Assembly: GCA_964016885.1 (NCBI GenBank)
Contig: OZ024741.1
Coordinates: 341,930,001 to 341,994,000, forward strand
From: Eledone cirrhosa
Taxonomy: Eukaryota
Length of the DNA stretch: 64,000 nucleotides
Direction: 5' to 3'
In this document: in pieces, positions 38,201 to 53,200 of the stretch
How positions within the stretch are numbered: position 1 is the stretch's first letter
Layout of the letters: each line of letters starts with the position of its first letter
Notes under the pieces: generated by a model
Databases searched by the model: none
The model's input: the letters and a program-made list of their open reading frames with translations, nothing else
Told to the model about the DNA's origin: nothing
Made by a program: the position numbers and the translations under genes

Positions 38201-41200
38201 CAATGCTATCACCTTACAAGTTAGACTGTGTACATTGTGGTCATATCACCAACACTATCACATTACAGGGTACACTGGGAACATAAAGGTCATATCACCA
38301 ACACTATCACCTTAGAGGATACACTGGGAACATTGTGTTCACATCACCAACACTATCACCTTACAGGATAGACTGGGAACATTGTGGGCATATCACGAAC
38401 ACTATCACCTTACAGGGTAGACTGGGAACATTGTGGTCATATCACCAACACTATCAGCTTACAGGGTAGACTGGGAACATTGTGTTCATATCACCAACAC
38501 TATCACCTTACATGGTAGACTGGGAACATTGTGGTCATATCAACAACACTATCACCTTACGGGGTAGACTGGGAACATTGTGGTCATATCAACAACACTA
38601 TCACCTCACGGGGTAGACTGGGAACATTGTGGTCATATCAACAACACTATCACCTTACAGGATAGACTAGGAACATTGTGGTCGTATAACCAACACTATC
38701 ACGTTACAGGGTAGACTGGGAACATAAGGGTCATATCACCAACACTATCACCTGACGTGGTAGACTGGGATCATAAGGGGCATATCACCAACACTATCAC
38801 CTTACAGGGTAGACTGGGAACATAAGGGTCATATCACCAACACTATCACCTTACAGGATAGACTGGGAACATAAGGGTCATATCACCAACACTATCACCT
38901 TACAGGATAGACTGGGAACATAAGGGTCAGGTCATATCACCAACACTATCACCTTATAGAATAGACTGGGAACATAAGTGTCATATCACCAATGCTATCA
39001 CCTTACAAGTTAGACTGTGTACATTGTGGTCATATCACCAACACTATCACATTACAGGGTACACTGGGAACATAAGGGTCATATCACCAACACTATCACC
39101 TTACAGGGTAGACTGGGAACATTGTGATCATATCACCAACACTATCACTTTACAGGTTAGACTGGGAACATTGTGGTCATATCACCAACACTATCACCTT
39201 ACAGGGTAGACTGGGAACATTGTGGTCATATCACCAACACTATCACCTTACAGGGTAGACTGGGAACATTGTGGTCATATCACCAACACTATCACTTTAC
39301 AGGTTAGACAGGGAACATTGTGGTCATATCACCAACACTATCACCTTACAGGATAGACTGGGAACATAAGGGTCATATCACCAACACTATCACATTACAG
39401 GGTAGACTGGGAACATAAGGGTCATATCACCAACACTATGACCTTACATGTTGGACTGGGAACATTGTGGTCATATCACCAAAACTATCACCTTACAAGG
39501 TACACTGGGAACATAAGAGTCATATCACCAACACTATCACCTTACAGGGTAGACTGGGAACATAAGGGTCATATCACCAACACTATCACCTTGCAGGGTA
39601 GACTAGGAACGTAAGGGTCATATAACCAACATTATCACCTTACAGGGTAGACTGGGAACATTGTGGTCATATCACCAACACTATCACCTTACAGGGTAGA
39701 CTGGGAACATAAGGGTCATATCACCAACACTATCACCTTACAGGGTAGACTGGGAACATTGTGATCATATCACCAACACTATCACCTTACAAGGTAGACC
39801 GGGAAGATGAGGGTCATATCACCAATGCTATCACCTCACAGGATAGACTGGGAACATAAGGGTCATATCACAAACACTATCACCTTACAGGGTAGACTGG
39901 GAACATAAGGGTTATATTAGCAACACTACCACCTTCCAAGTTAGATTGGGAATATAAGGGTCATATCACCAATGCTATCACCTTACAAGTTAGACTGTGT
40001 ACATTGTGGTCATATCACCAACACTATCACATTACAGGGTACACTGGGAACATAAAGGTCATATCACCAACACTATCACCTTAGAGGATACACTGGGAAC
40101 ATTGTGTTCACATCACCAACACTATCACCTTACAGGATAGACTGGGAACATTGTGGGCATATCACGAACACTATCACCTTACAGGGTAGACTGGGAACAT
40201 TGTGGTCATATCACCAACACTATCAGCTTACAGGGTAGACTGGGAACATTGTGTTCATATCACCAACACTATCACCTTACATGGTAGACTGGGAACATTG
40301 TGGTCATATCAACAACACTATCACCTTACGGGGTAGACTGGGAACATTGTGGTCATATCAACAACACTATCACCTCACGGGGTAGACTGGGAACATTGTG
40401 GTCATATCAACAACACTATCACCTTACAGGATAGACTAGGAACATTGTGGTCGTATAACCAACACTATCACGTTACAGGGTAGACTGGGAACATAAGGGT
40501 CATATCACCAACACTATCACCTGACGTGGTAGACTGGGATCATAAGGGGCATATCACCAACACTATCACCTTACAGGGTAGACTGGGAACATAAGGGTCA
40601 TATCACCAACACTATCACCTTACAGGATAGACTGGGAACATAAGGGTCATATCACCAACACTATCACCTTACAGGATAGACTGGGAACATAAGGGTCAGG
40701 TCATATCACCAACACTATCACCTTATAGAATAGACTGGGAACATAAGTGTCATATCACCAATGCTATCACCTTACAAGTTAGACTGTGTACATTGTGGTC
40801 ATATCACCAACACTATCACATTACAGGGTACACTGGGAACATAAGGGTCATATCACCAAAACTATTACCTTACAGGATACACTGGGAACATTGTGTTCAC
40901 ATCACCAACACTATCACCTTACAGGATAGACTGGGAACATTGTGGCAATATCACGAACACTATCACCTTACATGGTAGACTGGGAACATTGTGGTCATAT
41001 CACCAACACTATCAGCTTACAGGGTAGACTGGGAACATTGTGTTCATATCACCCACACTATCGCCTTACATGGTAGACTGGGAACATTGTGGTCATATCA
41101 ACAACACTATCACCTTACGGGGTAGACTGGGAACATTGTGGTCATATCAACAACACTATCACCTTACATGGTAGACTGGGAACATTGTGGTCATATCAAC

Positions 41201-44200
41201 AACACTATCACCTTACAGGATAGACTAGGAACATTGTGGTCGTATAACCAACACTATCACCTTACAGAGTAGACTGGGAACATAAGGGTAATATCACCAA
41301 CACTATCACCTTACGTGGTAGACTGGGATCATAAAGGGGCATATCACCAACACTATCACCTTACAGGGTAGACTGGGAACATTGTGTTCATATCACCAAC
41401 ACTATCACCTTACAGGGTAGACTGGGAACATTGTGGTCGTATAACCAACACTATCACCTTACAGGGTAGACTGGGAACATAAGGGTCATATCACCAACAC
41501 TATCACCTTACATGGTAGACTGGGATCATAAGGGGCATATCACCAACACTTTCACCTTACAGGGCAGACTGGGATCATAAGGGGCATATCACCAATGCTA
41601 TCAACTTACAGGATAGACTGGGAACATTGTGCTCATATCACCAACACTATCACCTTACATGGTAGACTGGGAAAATTGTGTTCATATCACCAACACTATC
41701 ACCTTACAGGGTAGACTGGGAACATTGTGGTCGTATCACCAACACTATCACCTTACATGGTAGACTGGGAACATTGTGGCATATCACCAACAATATCACC
41801 TTACAGGGTAGACTGGGAACATTGTGGCCATATCACCAACACTATCACCTTACATGGTAGACTGCGAACATTGTGGCCATATCACCAACACTATCACCTT
41901 ACAGGGTAGACTGGGAACATTGTGGTCATATCACCAACAATATCACCTTATAGGGTAGACTGGGAACATAAGGGTCATATCACTAACACTATCACCTTAC
42001 AGAGTAGACTGGGAACATTGTGGTCATATCACCTACACTATCACCTTACAGGGTAGACTGGGATCATTGTGGTCATATCACCAACACTATCACCTTACAG
42101 AGTAGACTGGGAACATTGTGGTCATATCACCAACACTATCACCTTACAGTGTAGACTGGGAACATTGTGGTCATGTCACCAACACTATCACCTTACAGAG
42201 TAGACTGGGAACATTGTGGTCATATCACCAACACTATCACCTTGCAGAATAGACTGGGAACATTGTGGTCATATCACCAACACTATCACCTTACAGGTTA
42301 GACTGGGAACATAAGGGTCATATCACCAACACTATCACCTTACAGGATAGACTGGGAACATTGTGGTCATATCACCAACACTATCACCTTGCAGAATAGA
42401 CTGGGAACATTGTGGTCATATCACCAACACTATCACCTTACAGGGTAGACTGGGAACATAAGGGTCATATCACCAAGACTATCACCTTACATGGTAGACT
42501 GGGAATATTGTGGTCATATCACCAACACTATCACCTTGCAGAATAGACTGGGAACATTGTGGTCATATCACCAAAACTATCACCTTACAGGGTAGACTGG
42601 GAACATAAGGGTCATATCACCAACACTATCACTTACAGGGTAGACTGGGAACATAAGGGTCATATCACCAACACTATCACCTTACAGGATAGACTGGGAA
42701 CATTCTGGTCATATCACCAACACTATCACCTTACAGGGTAGACTGGGAACATAAGGGTCATATCACCAACACTATCACCTTACAGGATAAACTGGGAACA
42801 TAAGGGTCATATCACCAACACTATCACCTTACAGGATAGACTGGGAACATAAGAGTCAGGTCATATGACCAACACTATCACCTTATAGAATAGACTGGGA
42901 ACATAAGTGTCATATCACCAATGCTATCACCTTACAAGTTAGACTGTGTACATTGTGGTCATATCACCAACACTATCACATTACAGGGTACACTGGGAAC
43001 ATAAGGGTCATATCACCAACACTATCACCTTACAGGATACACTGGGAACATTGTGTTCACATCACCAACACTATCACCTTACAGGATAGACTGGGAACAT
43101 TGTGGGCATATCACGAACACTATCACCTTACAGGGTAGACTGGGAACATTGTGGTCATATCACCAACACTATCAGCTTACAGGGTAGACTGGGAACATTG
43201 TGTTCATATCACCAACACTATCACCTTACATGGTAGACTGGGAACATTGTGGTCATATCAACAACACTATCACCTTACGGGGTAGACTGGGAACATTGTG
43301 GTCATATCAACAACACTATCAGCTTACGGGGTAGACTGGGAACATTGTGGTCATATCAACAACATTATCACCTTACAGGATAGACTAGGAACATTGTGGT
43401 CGTATAACCAACACTATCACCTTACAGGGTAGACTGGGAACATAAGGGTCATATCACCAACACTATCACCTTACGTGGTAGACTGGGATCATAAGGGGCA
43501 TATCACCAACACTATCACCTTACAGGGTAGACTGGGAACATTGTGTTCATATCACCAACACTATCACCTTACAGGGTAGACTGGGAACATTGTGGTCGTA
43601 TAACCAACACTACCACCTTACAGGCTAGACTGGGAACATAAGGGTCATATCACCAACACTATCACCTTACATGGTAGACTGGGATCATAAGGGGCATATC
43701 ACCAACACTTTCACCTTACAGGGTAGACTGGGATCATAAGGGGCATATCACCAATGCTATCAACTTACAGGATAGACTGGGAACATTGTGCTCATATCAC
43801 CAACACTATCACCTTACATGGTAGACTGGGAACATTGTGGCATATCACCAACGCTATCACCTTACAGGGTAGACTGGGAACATTGTGTTCATATCACCAA
43901 CACTATCACCTTACAGGGTAGACTGGGAACATTGTGGTCGTATCACCAACACTATCACCTTACATGGTAGACTGGGAACATTGTGGAATATCACCAACAA
44001 TATCACCTTACAGGGTAGAGTGGGAACATTGTGGCCATATCACCAACACTATCACCTTACATGGTAGACTGCGAACATTGTGGCCATATCACCAACACTA
44101 TCACCTTACAGGGTAGACTGGGAACATTGTGGTCATATCACCAACAATATCACCTTATAGGGTAGACTGGGAACATAAGGGTCATATCACCAACACTATC

Positions 44201-47200
44201 ACCTTACAGAGTAGACTGGGAACGTTGTGGTCATATCACCTACACTATCACCTTACAGGGTAGACTGGGATCATTGTGGTCATATCACCAACACTATCAC
44301 CTTACAGAGTAGACTGGGAACATTGTGGTCATATCACCAACACTATCACCTTACAGTGTAGACTGGGAACATTGTGGTCATGTCACCAAAACTATCACCT
44401 TACAGAGTAGACTGGGAACATTGTGGTCATATCACCAACACTATCACCTTGCAGAATAGACTGGGAACATTGTGGTCATATCACCAACACTATCACCTTA
44501 CAGGGTAGACTGGGAACATAAGGGTCATATCACCAAGACTATCACCTTACATGGTAGACTGGGAATATTGTGGTCATATCACCAACACTATCACCTTGCA
44601 GAATAGACTGGGAACATTGTGGTCATATCACCAACACTATCACCTTACAGGGTAGACTGGGAACATAAGGGTCATATCACCAACACTATCACCTTACAGG
44701 GTAGACTGGGAACATAAGGGTCATATCACCAACACTATCACCTTACAGGATAGACTGGGAACATTGTGGTCATATCACCAACACTATCACCTTACAGGGT
44801 AGACTGGGAACATAAGGGTCATATCACCAACACTATCACCTTACAGGATAAACTGGGAACATAAGGGTCATATCACCAACACTATCACCTTACAGGATAG
44901 ACTGGGAACATAAGGGTCAGGTCATATCACCAACACTATCACCTTATAGAATAGACTGGGAACATAAGTGTCATATCACCAATGCTATCACCTTACAAGT
45001 TAGACTGTGTACATTGTGGTCATATCACCAACACTATCACATTACAGGGTACACTGGGAACATAAGGGTCATATCACCAACACTATCACCTTACAGGATA
45101 CACTGGGAACATTGTGTTCACATCACCAACACTATCACCTTACAGGATAGACTGGGAACATTGTGGGCATATCACGAACACTATCACCTTACAGGGTAGA
45201 CTGGGAACATTGTGGTCATATCACCAACACTATCGGCTTACAGGGTAGACTGGGAACATTGTGTTCATATCACCAACACTATCACCTTACATGGTAGACT
45301 GGGAACATTGTGGTCATATCAACAACACTATCACCTTACGGGGTAGACTGGGAACATTGTGGTCATATCAACAACACTATCACCTCACGGGGTAGACTGG
45401 GAACATTGTGGTCATATCAACAACACTATCACCTTACAGGATAGACTAGGAACATTGTGGTCGTATAACCAACACTATCACCTTACAGGGTAGACTGGGA
45501 ACATAAGGGTCATATCACCAACACTATCACCTTACGTGGTAGACTGGGATCATAAGGGGCATATCACCAACACTATCACCTTACAGGGTAGACTGGGAAC
45601 ATTGTGTTCATATCACCAACACTATCACCTTACAGGGTAGACTGGGAACATTGTGGTCGTATAACCAACACCACCACCTTACAGGGTAGACTGGGAACAT
45701 AAGGGTCATATCACCAACACTATCACCTTACATGGTAGACTGGGATCATAAGGGGCATATCACCAGCACTTTCACCTTACAGGGTAGACTGGGATCATAA
45801 GGGGCATATCACCAATGCTATCAACTTACAGGATAGACTGGGAACATTGTGCTCATATCACCAACACTATCACCTTACATGGTAGACTGGGAACATTGTG
45901 GCATATCACCAACGCTATCACCTTACAGGGTAGACTGGGAACATTGTGTTCATAATACCAACACTATCACCTTACAGGGTAGACTGGGAACATTGTGGTC
46001 GTATCACCAACACTATCACCTTACATGGTAGACTGGGAACATTGTGGCATATCACCAACAATATCACCTTACAGGGTAGACTGGGAACATTGTGGCCATA
46101 TCACCAACACTATCACCTTACAGGGTAGACTGGGAACATAAGGGTCATATCACCAAGACTATCACCTTACATGGTAGACTGGGAAGATTGTGGTCATATC
46201 ACCAACACTATCACCTTGCAGAATAGACTGGGAACATTGTGGTCGTATCACCAACACTATCACCTTACAGGGTAGACTGGGAACATAAGGGTCATATCAC
46301 CAACACTATCACCTTACAGGGTAGACTGGGAACATAAGGGTCATATCACCAACACTATCACCTTACAGGATAGACTGGGAACATTGTGGTCATATCACCA
46401 ACACTATCACCTTACAGGGTAGACTGGGAACATAAGGGTCATATCACCAACACTATCCCCTTACAGGATAAACTGGGAACATAAGGGTCATATCACCAAC
46501 ACTATCACCTTACAGGATAGACTGGGAACATAAGGGTCATATCACCAACACTATCACCTTACAGGATACACTGGGAACATTGTGTTCACATCACCAACAC
46601 TATCACCTTACAGGATAGACTGGGAACATTGTGGGCATCTCACGAACACTATCACCTTACAGGGTAGACTGGGAACATTGTGGTCATATCACCAACACTA
46701 TCAGCTTACAGGGTAGACTGGGAACATTGTGTTCATATCACCAACACTATCACCTTACATGGTAGACTGGGAACATTGTGGTCATATCAACAACACTATC
46801 ACCTTACGGGGTAGACTGGGAACATTGTGGTCATATCAACAACACTATCACCTTACAGGATAGACTGGGAACATTGTGGTCATATCAACAACACTATCAC
46901 CTTACGGGGTAGACTGGGAACATTGTGGTCATATCAACAACACTATCACCTTACAGGGTAGACTGGGAACATAAGGTTCATATCATCAACGCTATCACCT
47001 TACAGGATAGACTGGGAACATTGTGGTCATTTCACCAACACTATCACATTACAGGGTAGACTGGGAACATAAGGGTCATATCACCAACACTATCACCTTA
47101 CGTGGTAGACTGGGATCATAAGGGGCATATCACCAACACTATCACCTTACAGGGTAGACTGGGAACATTGTGTTCATATCACCAACACTATCACCTTACA

Positions 47201-50200
47201 GGGTAGACTGGGAACATTGTGGTCGTATAACCAACACTACCACCTTACAGGGTAGACTGGGAACATAAGGGTCATATCACCAACACTATCACCTTACATG
47301 GTAGACTGGGATCATAAGGGGCATATCACCAACACTTTCACCTTACAGGGTAGACTGGGATCATAAGGGGCATATCACCAATGCTATCAACTTACAGGAT
47401 AGACTGGGAACATTGTGCTCATATCACCAACACTATCACCTTACATGGTAGACTGGGAACATTGTGGCATATCACCAACGCTATCACCTTACAGGGTAGA
47501 CTGGGAACATTGTGTTCATATCACCAACACTATCACCTTACAGGGAGACTGGGAACATTGTGGTCGTATCACCAACACTATCACCTTACATGGTAGACTG
47601 GGAACATTGTGGCATATCACCAACAATATCACCTTACAGGGTAGACTGGGAACATTGTGGCCATATCACCAACACTATCACCTTACATGGTAGACTGCGA
47701 ACATTGTGGCCATATCACCAACACTATCACCTTACAGGGTAGACTGGGAACATTGTGGTCATATCACCAACAATATCACCTTACAGGGTAGACTGGGAAC
47801 ATAAGGGTCATATCACCAACACTATCACCTTACAGAGTAGACTGGGAACATTGTGGTCATATCACCTACACTATCACCTTACAGGGTAGACTGGGATCAT
47901 TGTTGTCATATCACCAACACTATCACCTTACAGAGTAGACTGGAAACATTGTGGTCATATCACCAACACTATCACCTTACAGTGTAGACTGGGAACATTG
48001 TGGTCATATCACCAACACTATCACCTTACAGAGTAGACTGGGAACATTGTGGTCATATCACCAACACTATCACCTTACAGAGTAGACTGGGAACATTGTG
48101 GTCATATCACCAACACTATCACCTTACAGAGTAGACTGGGAACATTGTGGTCATATCACCAACACTATCACCTTACTGGGTAGACTGGGAACATTGTGTT
48201 CATATGACCAACACTATCACCTTACAGGGTAGACTGGGAACATTGTGCTCATATCACCAATACTATTAGTTTACAGGGTACACTGGGAACATTGTGGTCA
48301 TATCACCAACACTATCACCTTACAGGTTAGACTGGGAACATTGTGGTCATATCACCAACACTATCACCTTACAGAGTAGACTGGGAACATTGCGGTCATA
48401 TCACCAACACTATTGGTTTACAGGGTACACTGGAAACATTGTGGTCATATCACCATCACTATCACCTTACAGGGTAGACTGGGAACATTGTGGTCATATC
48501 ACCAACACTATTAGTTTACAGGGTAGACTGGGAACATAAGGTTCATATCACCAACACTATCACCTTACAGGGTAGACTGGGAACATTGTGGTCATATCAC
48601 CAACACTATCACCTTACGGGGTAGACTGGGAACATTGTGTTCATATCACCAACACTATCACCTTACAGGGTATACTGGGAACATTGTCGTCATATCACCA
48701 AAACTATCACCTTACGGGGTAGACTGGGAACATTGTGGTCATATCAACAACACTATCACCTTACAGGATAGACTAGGAACATTGTGGTCGTATAACCAAC
48801 ACTATCACCTTACAGGGTAGACTGGGAACATAAGGGTCATATCACCAACACTATCACCTTACGTGGTAGACTGGGATCATAAGGGGCATATCACCAACAC
48901 TATCACCTTACAGGGTAGACTGGGAACATTGTGTTCATATCACCAACACTATCACCTTACAGGGTAGACTGGGAACATTGTGGTCGTATAACCAACACTA
49001 CGACCTTACAGGGTAGACTGGGAACATAAGGGTCATATCACCAACACTATCACCTTACAGGGTATACTGGGAACATTGTCGTCATATCACCAAAACTATC
49101 ACCTTACGGGGTAGACTGGGAACATTCTGGTCATATCAACAACACTATCACCTTACAGGATAGACTAGGAACATTGTGGTCGTATAACCAACACTTTCAC
49201 CTTACAGGGTAGACTGGGATCATAAGGGGCATATCACCAATGCTATCAACTTACAGGATAGACTGGGAACATTGTGCTCATATCACCAACACTATCACCT
49301 TACATGGTAGACTGGGAACATTGTGGCATATCACCAACGCTATCACCTTACAGGGTAGACTGGGAACATTGTGTTCATATCACCAACACTATCACCTTAC
49401 AGGGTAGACTGGGAACGTAAGGGTCATATCACCAACTCTATCACCTTACAGGATAGACTGGGAACATTGTGGTCATATCACCAACACTATCACCTTACAG
49501 GGTAGACTGGGAACATAAGGGTCATATCACCAACACTATCACCTTACAGGATAGACTGGGAACATAAGGGTCATATCACCAACACTATCACCTTACAGGG
49601 TAGACTGGGAACATAAGGGTCATATCACCAACACTATCACATTACAGGGTACACTGGGAACATAAGGGTCATATCACCAACACTATTACCTTACAGGATA
49701 CACTGGGAACATTGTGTTCACATCACCAACACTATCACCTTACAGGATAGACTGGGAACATTGTGGCAATATCACGAACACTATCACCTTACAGGGTAGA
49801 CTGGGAACATTGTGGTCATATCACCAACACTATCAGCTTACAGGGTAGACTGGGAACATTGTGTTCATATCACCCACACTATCACCTTACATGGTAGACT
49901 GGGAACATTGTGGTCATATCAACAACACTATCACCTTACGGGGTAGACTGGGAACATTGTGGTCATATCAACAACACTATCACCTTACATGGTAGACTGG
50001 GAACATTGTGGTCATATCAACAACACTATCACCTTACAGGATAGACTAGGAACATTGTGGTCGTATTACCAACACTATCACCTTACAGGGTAGACTGGGA
50101 ACATAAGGGTCATATCACCAACACTATCCCCTTACGTGGTAGACTGGGATCATAAGGGGCATATCACCAACACTATCACCTTACAGGGTAGACTGGGAAC

Positions 50201-53200
50201 ATTGTGTTCATATCACCAACACTATCACCTTACAGGGTAGACTGGGAACATTGTGGTCGTATAACCAACACTATCACCTTACAGGGTAGACTGGGAACAT
50301 AAGGGTCATATCACCAACACTATCACCTTACATGGTAGACTGGGATCATAAGGGGCATATCACCAACACTTTCACCTTACAGGGCAGACTGGGATCATAA
50401 GGGGCATATCACCAATGCTATCAACTTACAGGATAGACTGGGAACATTGTGCTCATATCACCAACACTATCACCTTACATGGTAGACTGGGAACATTGTG
50501 GCATATCACCAACGCTATCACCTTACAGAGTAGACTGGGAACATTGTGTTCATATCACCAACACTATCACCTTACAGGGTAGACTGGGAACATTGTGGTC
50601 GTATCACCAACACTATCACCTTACATGGTAGACTGGGAACATTGTGGCATATCACCAACAATATCACCTTACAGGGTAGACTGGGAACATTGTGGCCATA
50701 TCACCAACACTATCACCTTACATGGTAGACTGCGAACATTGTGGCCATATCACCAACACTATCACCTTACAGGGTAGACTGGGAACATTGTGGTCATATC
50801 ACCAACACTTTCACCTTACAGGGTAGACTGGGAACATAAGGGTCATATCACCAAGACTATCACCTTACATGGTAGACTGGGAATATTGTGGTCATATCAC
50901 CAACACTATCACCTTGCAGAATAGACTGGGAACATTGTGGTCATATCACCAACACTATCACCTTACAGGGTAGACTGGGAACATAAGGGTCATATCACCA
51001 ACACTATCACCTTACAGGGTAGACTGGGAACATAAGGGTCATATCACCAACACTATCACCTTACAGGATAGACTGGGAACATTGTGGTCATATCACCAAC
51101 ACTATCACCTTACAGGGTAGACTGGGAACATAAGGGTCATATCACCAACACTATCACCTTACAGGATAAACTGGGAACATAAGGGTCATATCACCAACAC
51201 TATCACCTTACAGTATAGACTGGGAACATAAGGGTCAGGTCATATCACCAACACTATCACCTTATAGAATAGACTGGGAACATAAGTGTCATATCACCAA
51301 TGCTATCACCTTACAAGTTAGACTGTGTACATTGTGGTCATATCACCAACACTATCACATTACAGGGTACACTGGGAACATAAGGGTCATATCACCAACA
51401 CTATCACCTTACAGGATACACTGGGAACATTGTGTTCACATCACCAATACTATCACCTTACAGGGTAGACTGGGAACATTGTGTTCATATCACCAACACT
51501 ATCACCTTACATGGTAGACTGGGAACATTGTGGTCATATCAACAACACTATCACCTTACGGGGTAGACTGGGAACATTGTGGTCATATCAACAACACTAT
51601 CACCTTACGGGGTAGACTGGGAACATTGTGGTCATATCAACAACACTATCACCTTACAGGATAGACTAGGAACATTGTGGTCGTATAACCAACACTATCA
51701 CCTTACAGGGTAGACTGGGAACATAAGGGTCATATCACCAACACTATCACCTTACGTGGTAGACTGGGATCATAAGGGGCATATCACCAACACTATCACC
51801 TTACAGGGTAGACTGGGAACATTGTGTTCATATCACCAACACTATCACCCTACAGGGTAGACTTGGAACATTGTGGTCGTATAACCAACACTACCACCTT
51901 ACAGGGTAGACTGGGAACATAAGGGTCATATCACCAACACTATCACCTTACATGGTAGACTGGGATCATAAGGGGCATATCACCAACACTTTCACCTTAC
52001 AGGGTAGACTGGGATCATAAGGGACATATCACCAATGCTATCAACTTACAGGATAGACTGGGAACATTGTGCTCATATCACCAACACTATCACCTTACAT
52101 GGTAGACTGGGAATATTGTGGCATATCACCAACACTATCACCTTACAGAGTAGACTGGGAACATTGTGGTCATATCACCAACACTATCACCTTACAGTGT
52201 AGAGTGGGAACATTGTGGTCATGTCACCAACACTATCACCTTACAGAGTAGACTGGGAACATTGTGGTCATATCACCAACACTATCACCTTGCAGAATAG
52301 ACTGGGAACATTGTGGTCATATCACCAACACTATCACCTTACAGGTTAGACTGGGAACATAAGGGTCATATCACCAACACTATCACCTTACAGGGTAGAC
52401 TGGGAACATTGTGGTCGTATCACCAACACTATCACCTTACATGGTAGACTGGGAACATTGTGGCATATCACCAACAATATCACCTTACAGGGTAGACTGG
52501 GAACATTGTGGCCATATCACCAACACTATCACCTTACATGGTAGACTGCGAACATTGTGGCCATATCACCAACACTATCACCTTACAGGGTAGACTGGGA
52601 ACATTGTGGTCATATCACCAACAATATCACCTTATAGGGTAGACTGGGAACATAAGGGTCATATCACCAACACTATCACCTTACAGAGTAGACTGGGAAC
52701 ATTGTGGTCATATCACCTACACTATCACCTTACAGGGTAGACTGGGATCATTGTGGTCATATCACCAACACTATCACCTTACAGAGTAGACTGGGAACAT
52801 TGTGGTCTTATCACCAACACTATAACCTTACAGTGTAGACTGGGAACATTGTGGTCATGTCACCAACACTATCACCTTACAGAGTAGACTGGGAACATTG
52901 TGGTCATATCACCAACACTATCACCTTGCAGAATAGACTGGGAACATTGTGGTCATATCACCAACACTATCACCTTACAGGTTAGACTGGGAACATAAGG
53001 GTCATATCACCAACACTATCACCTTACAGGATAGACTGGGAACATTGTGGTCATATCACCAACACTATCACCTTGCAGAATAGACTGGGAACATTGTGGT
53101 CATATCACCAACACTATCACCTTACAGGGTAGACTGGGAACATAAGGGTCATATCACCAAGACTATCACCTTACATGGTAGACTGGGAATATTGTGGTCA

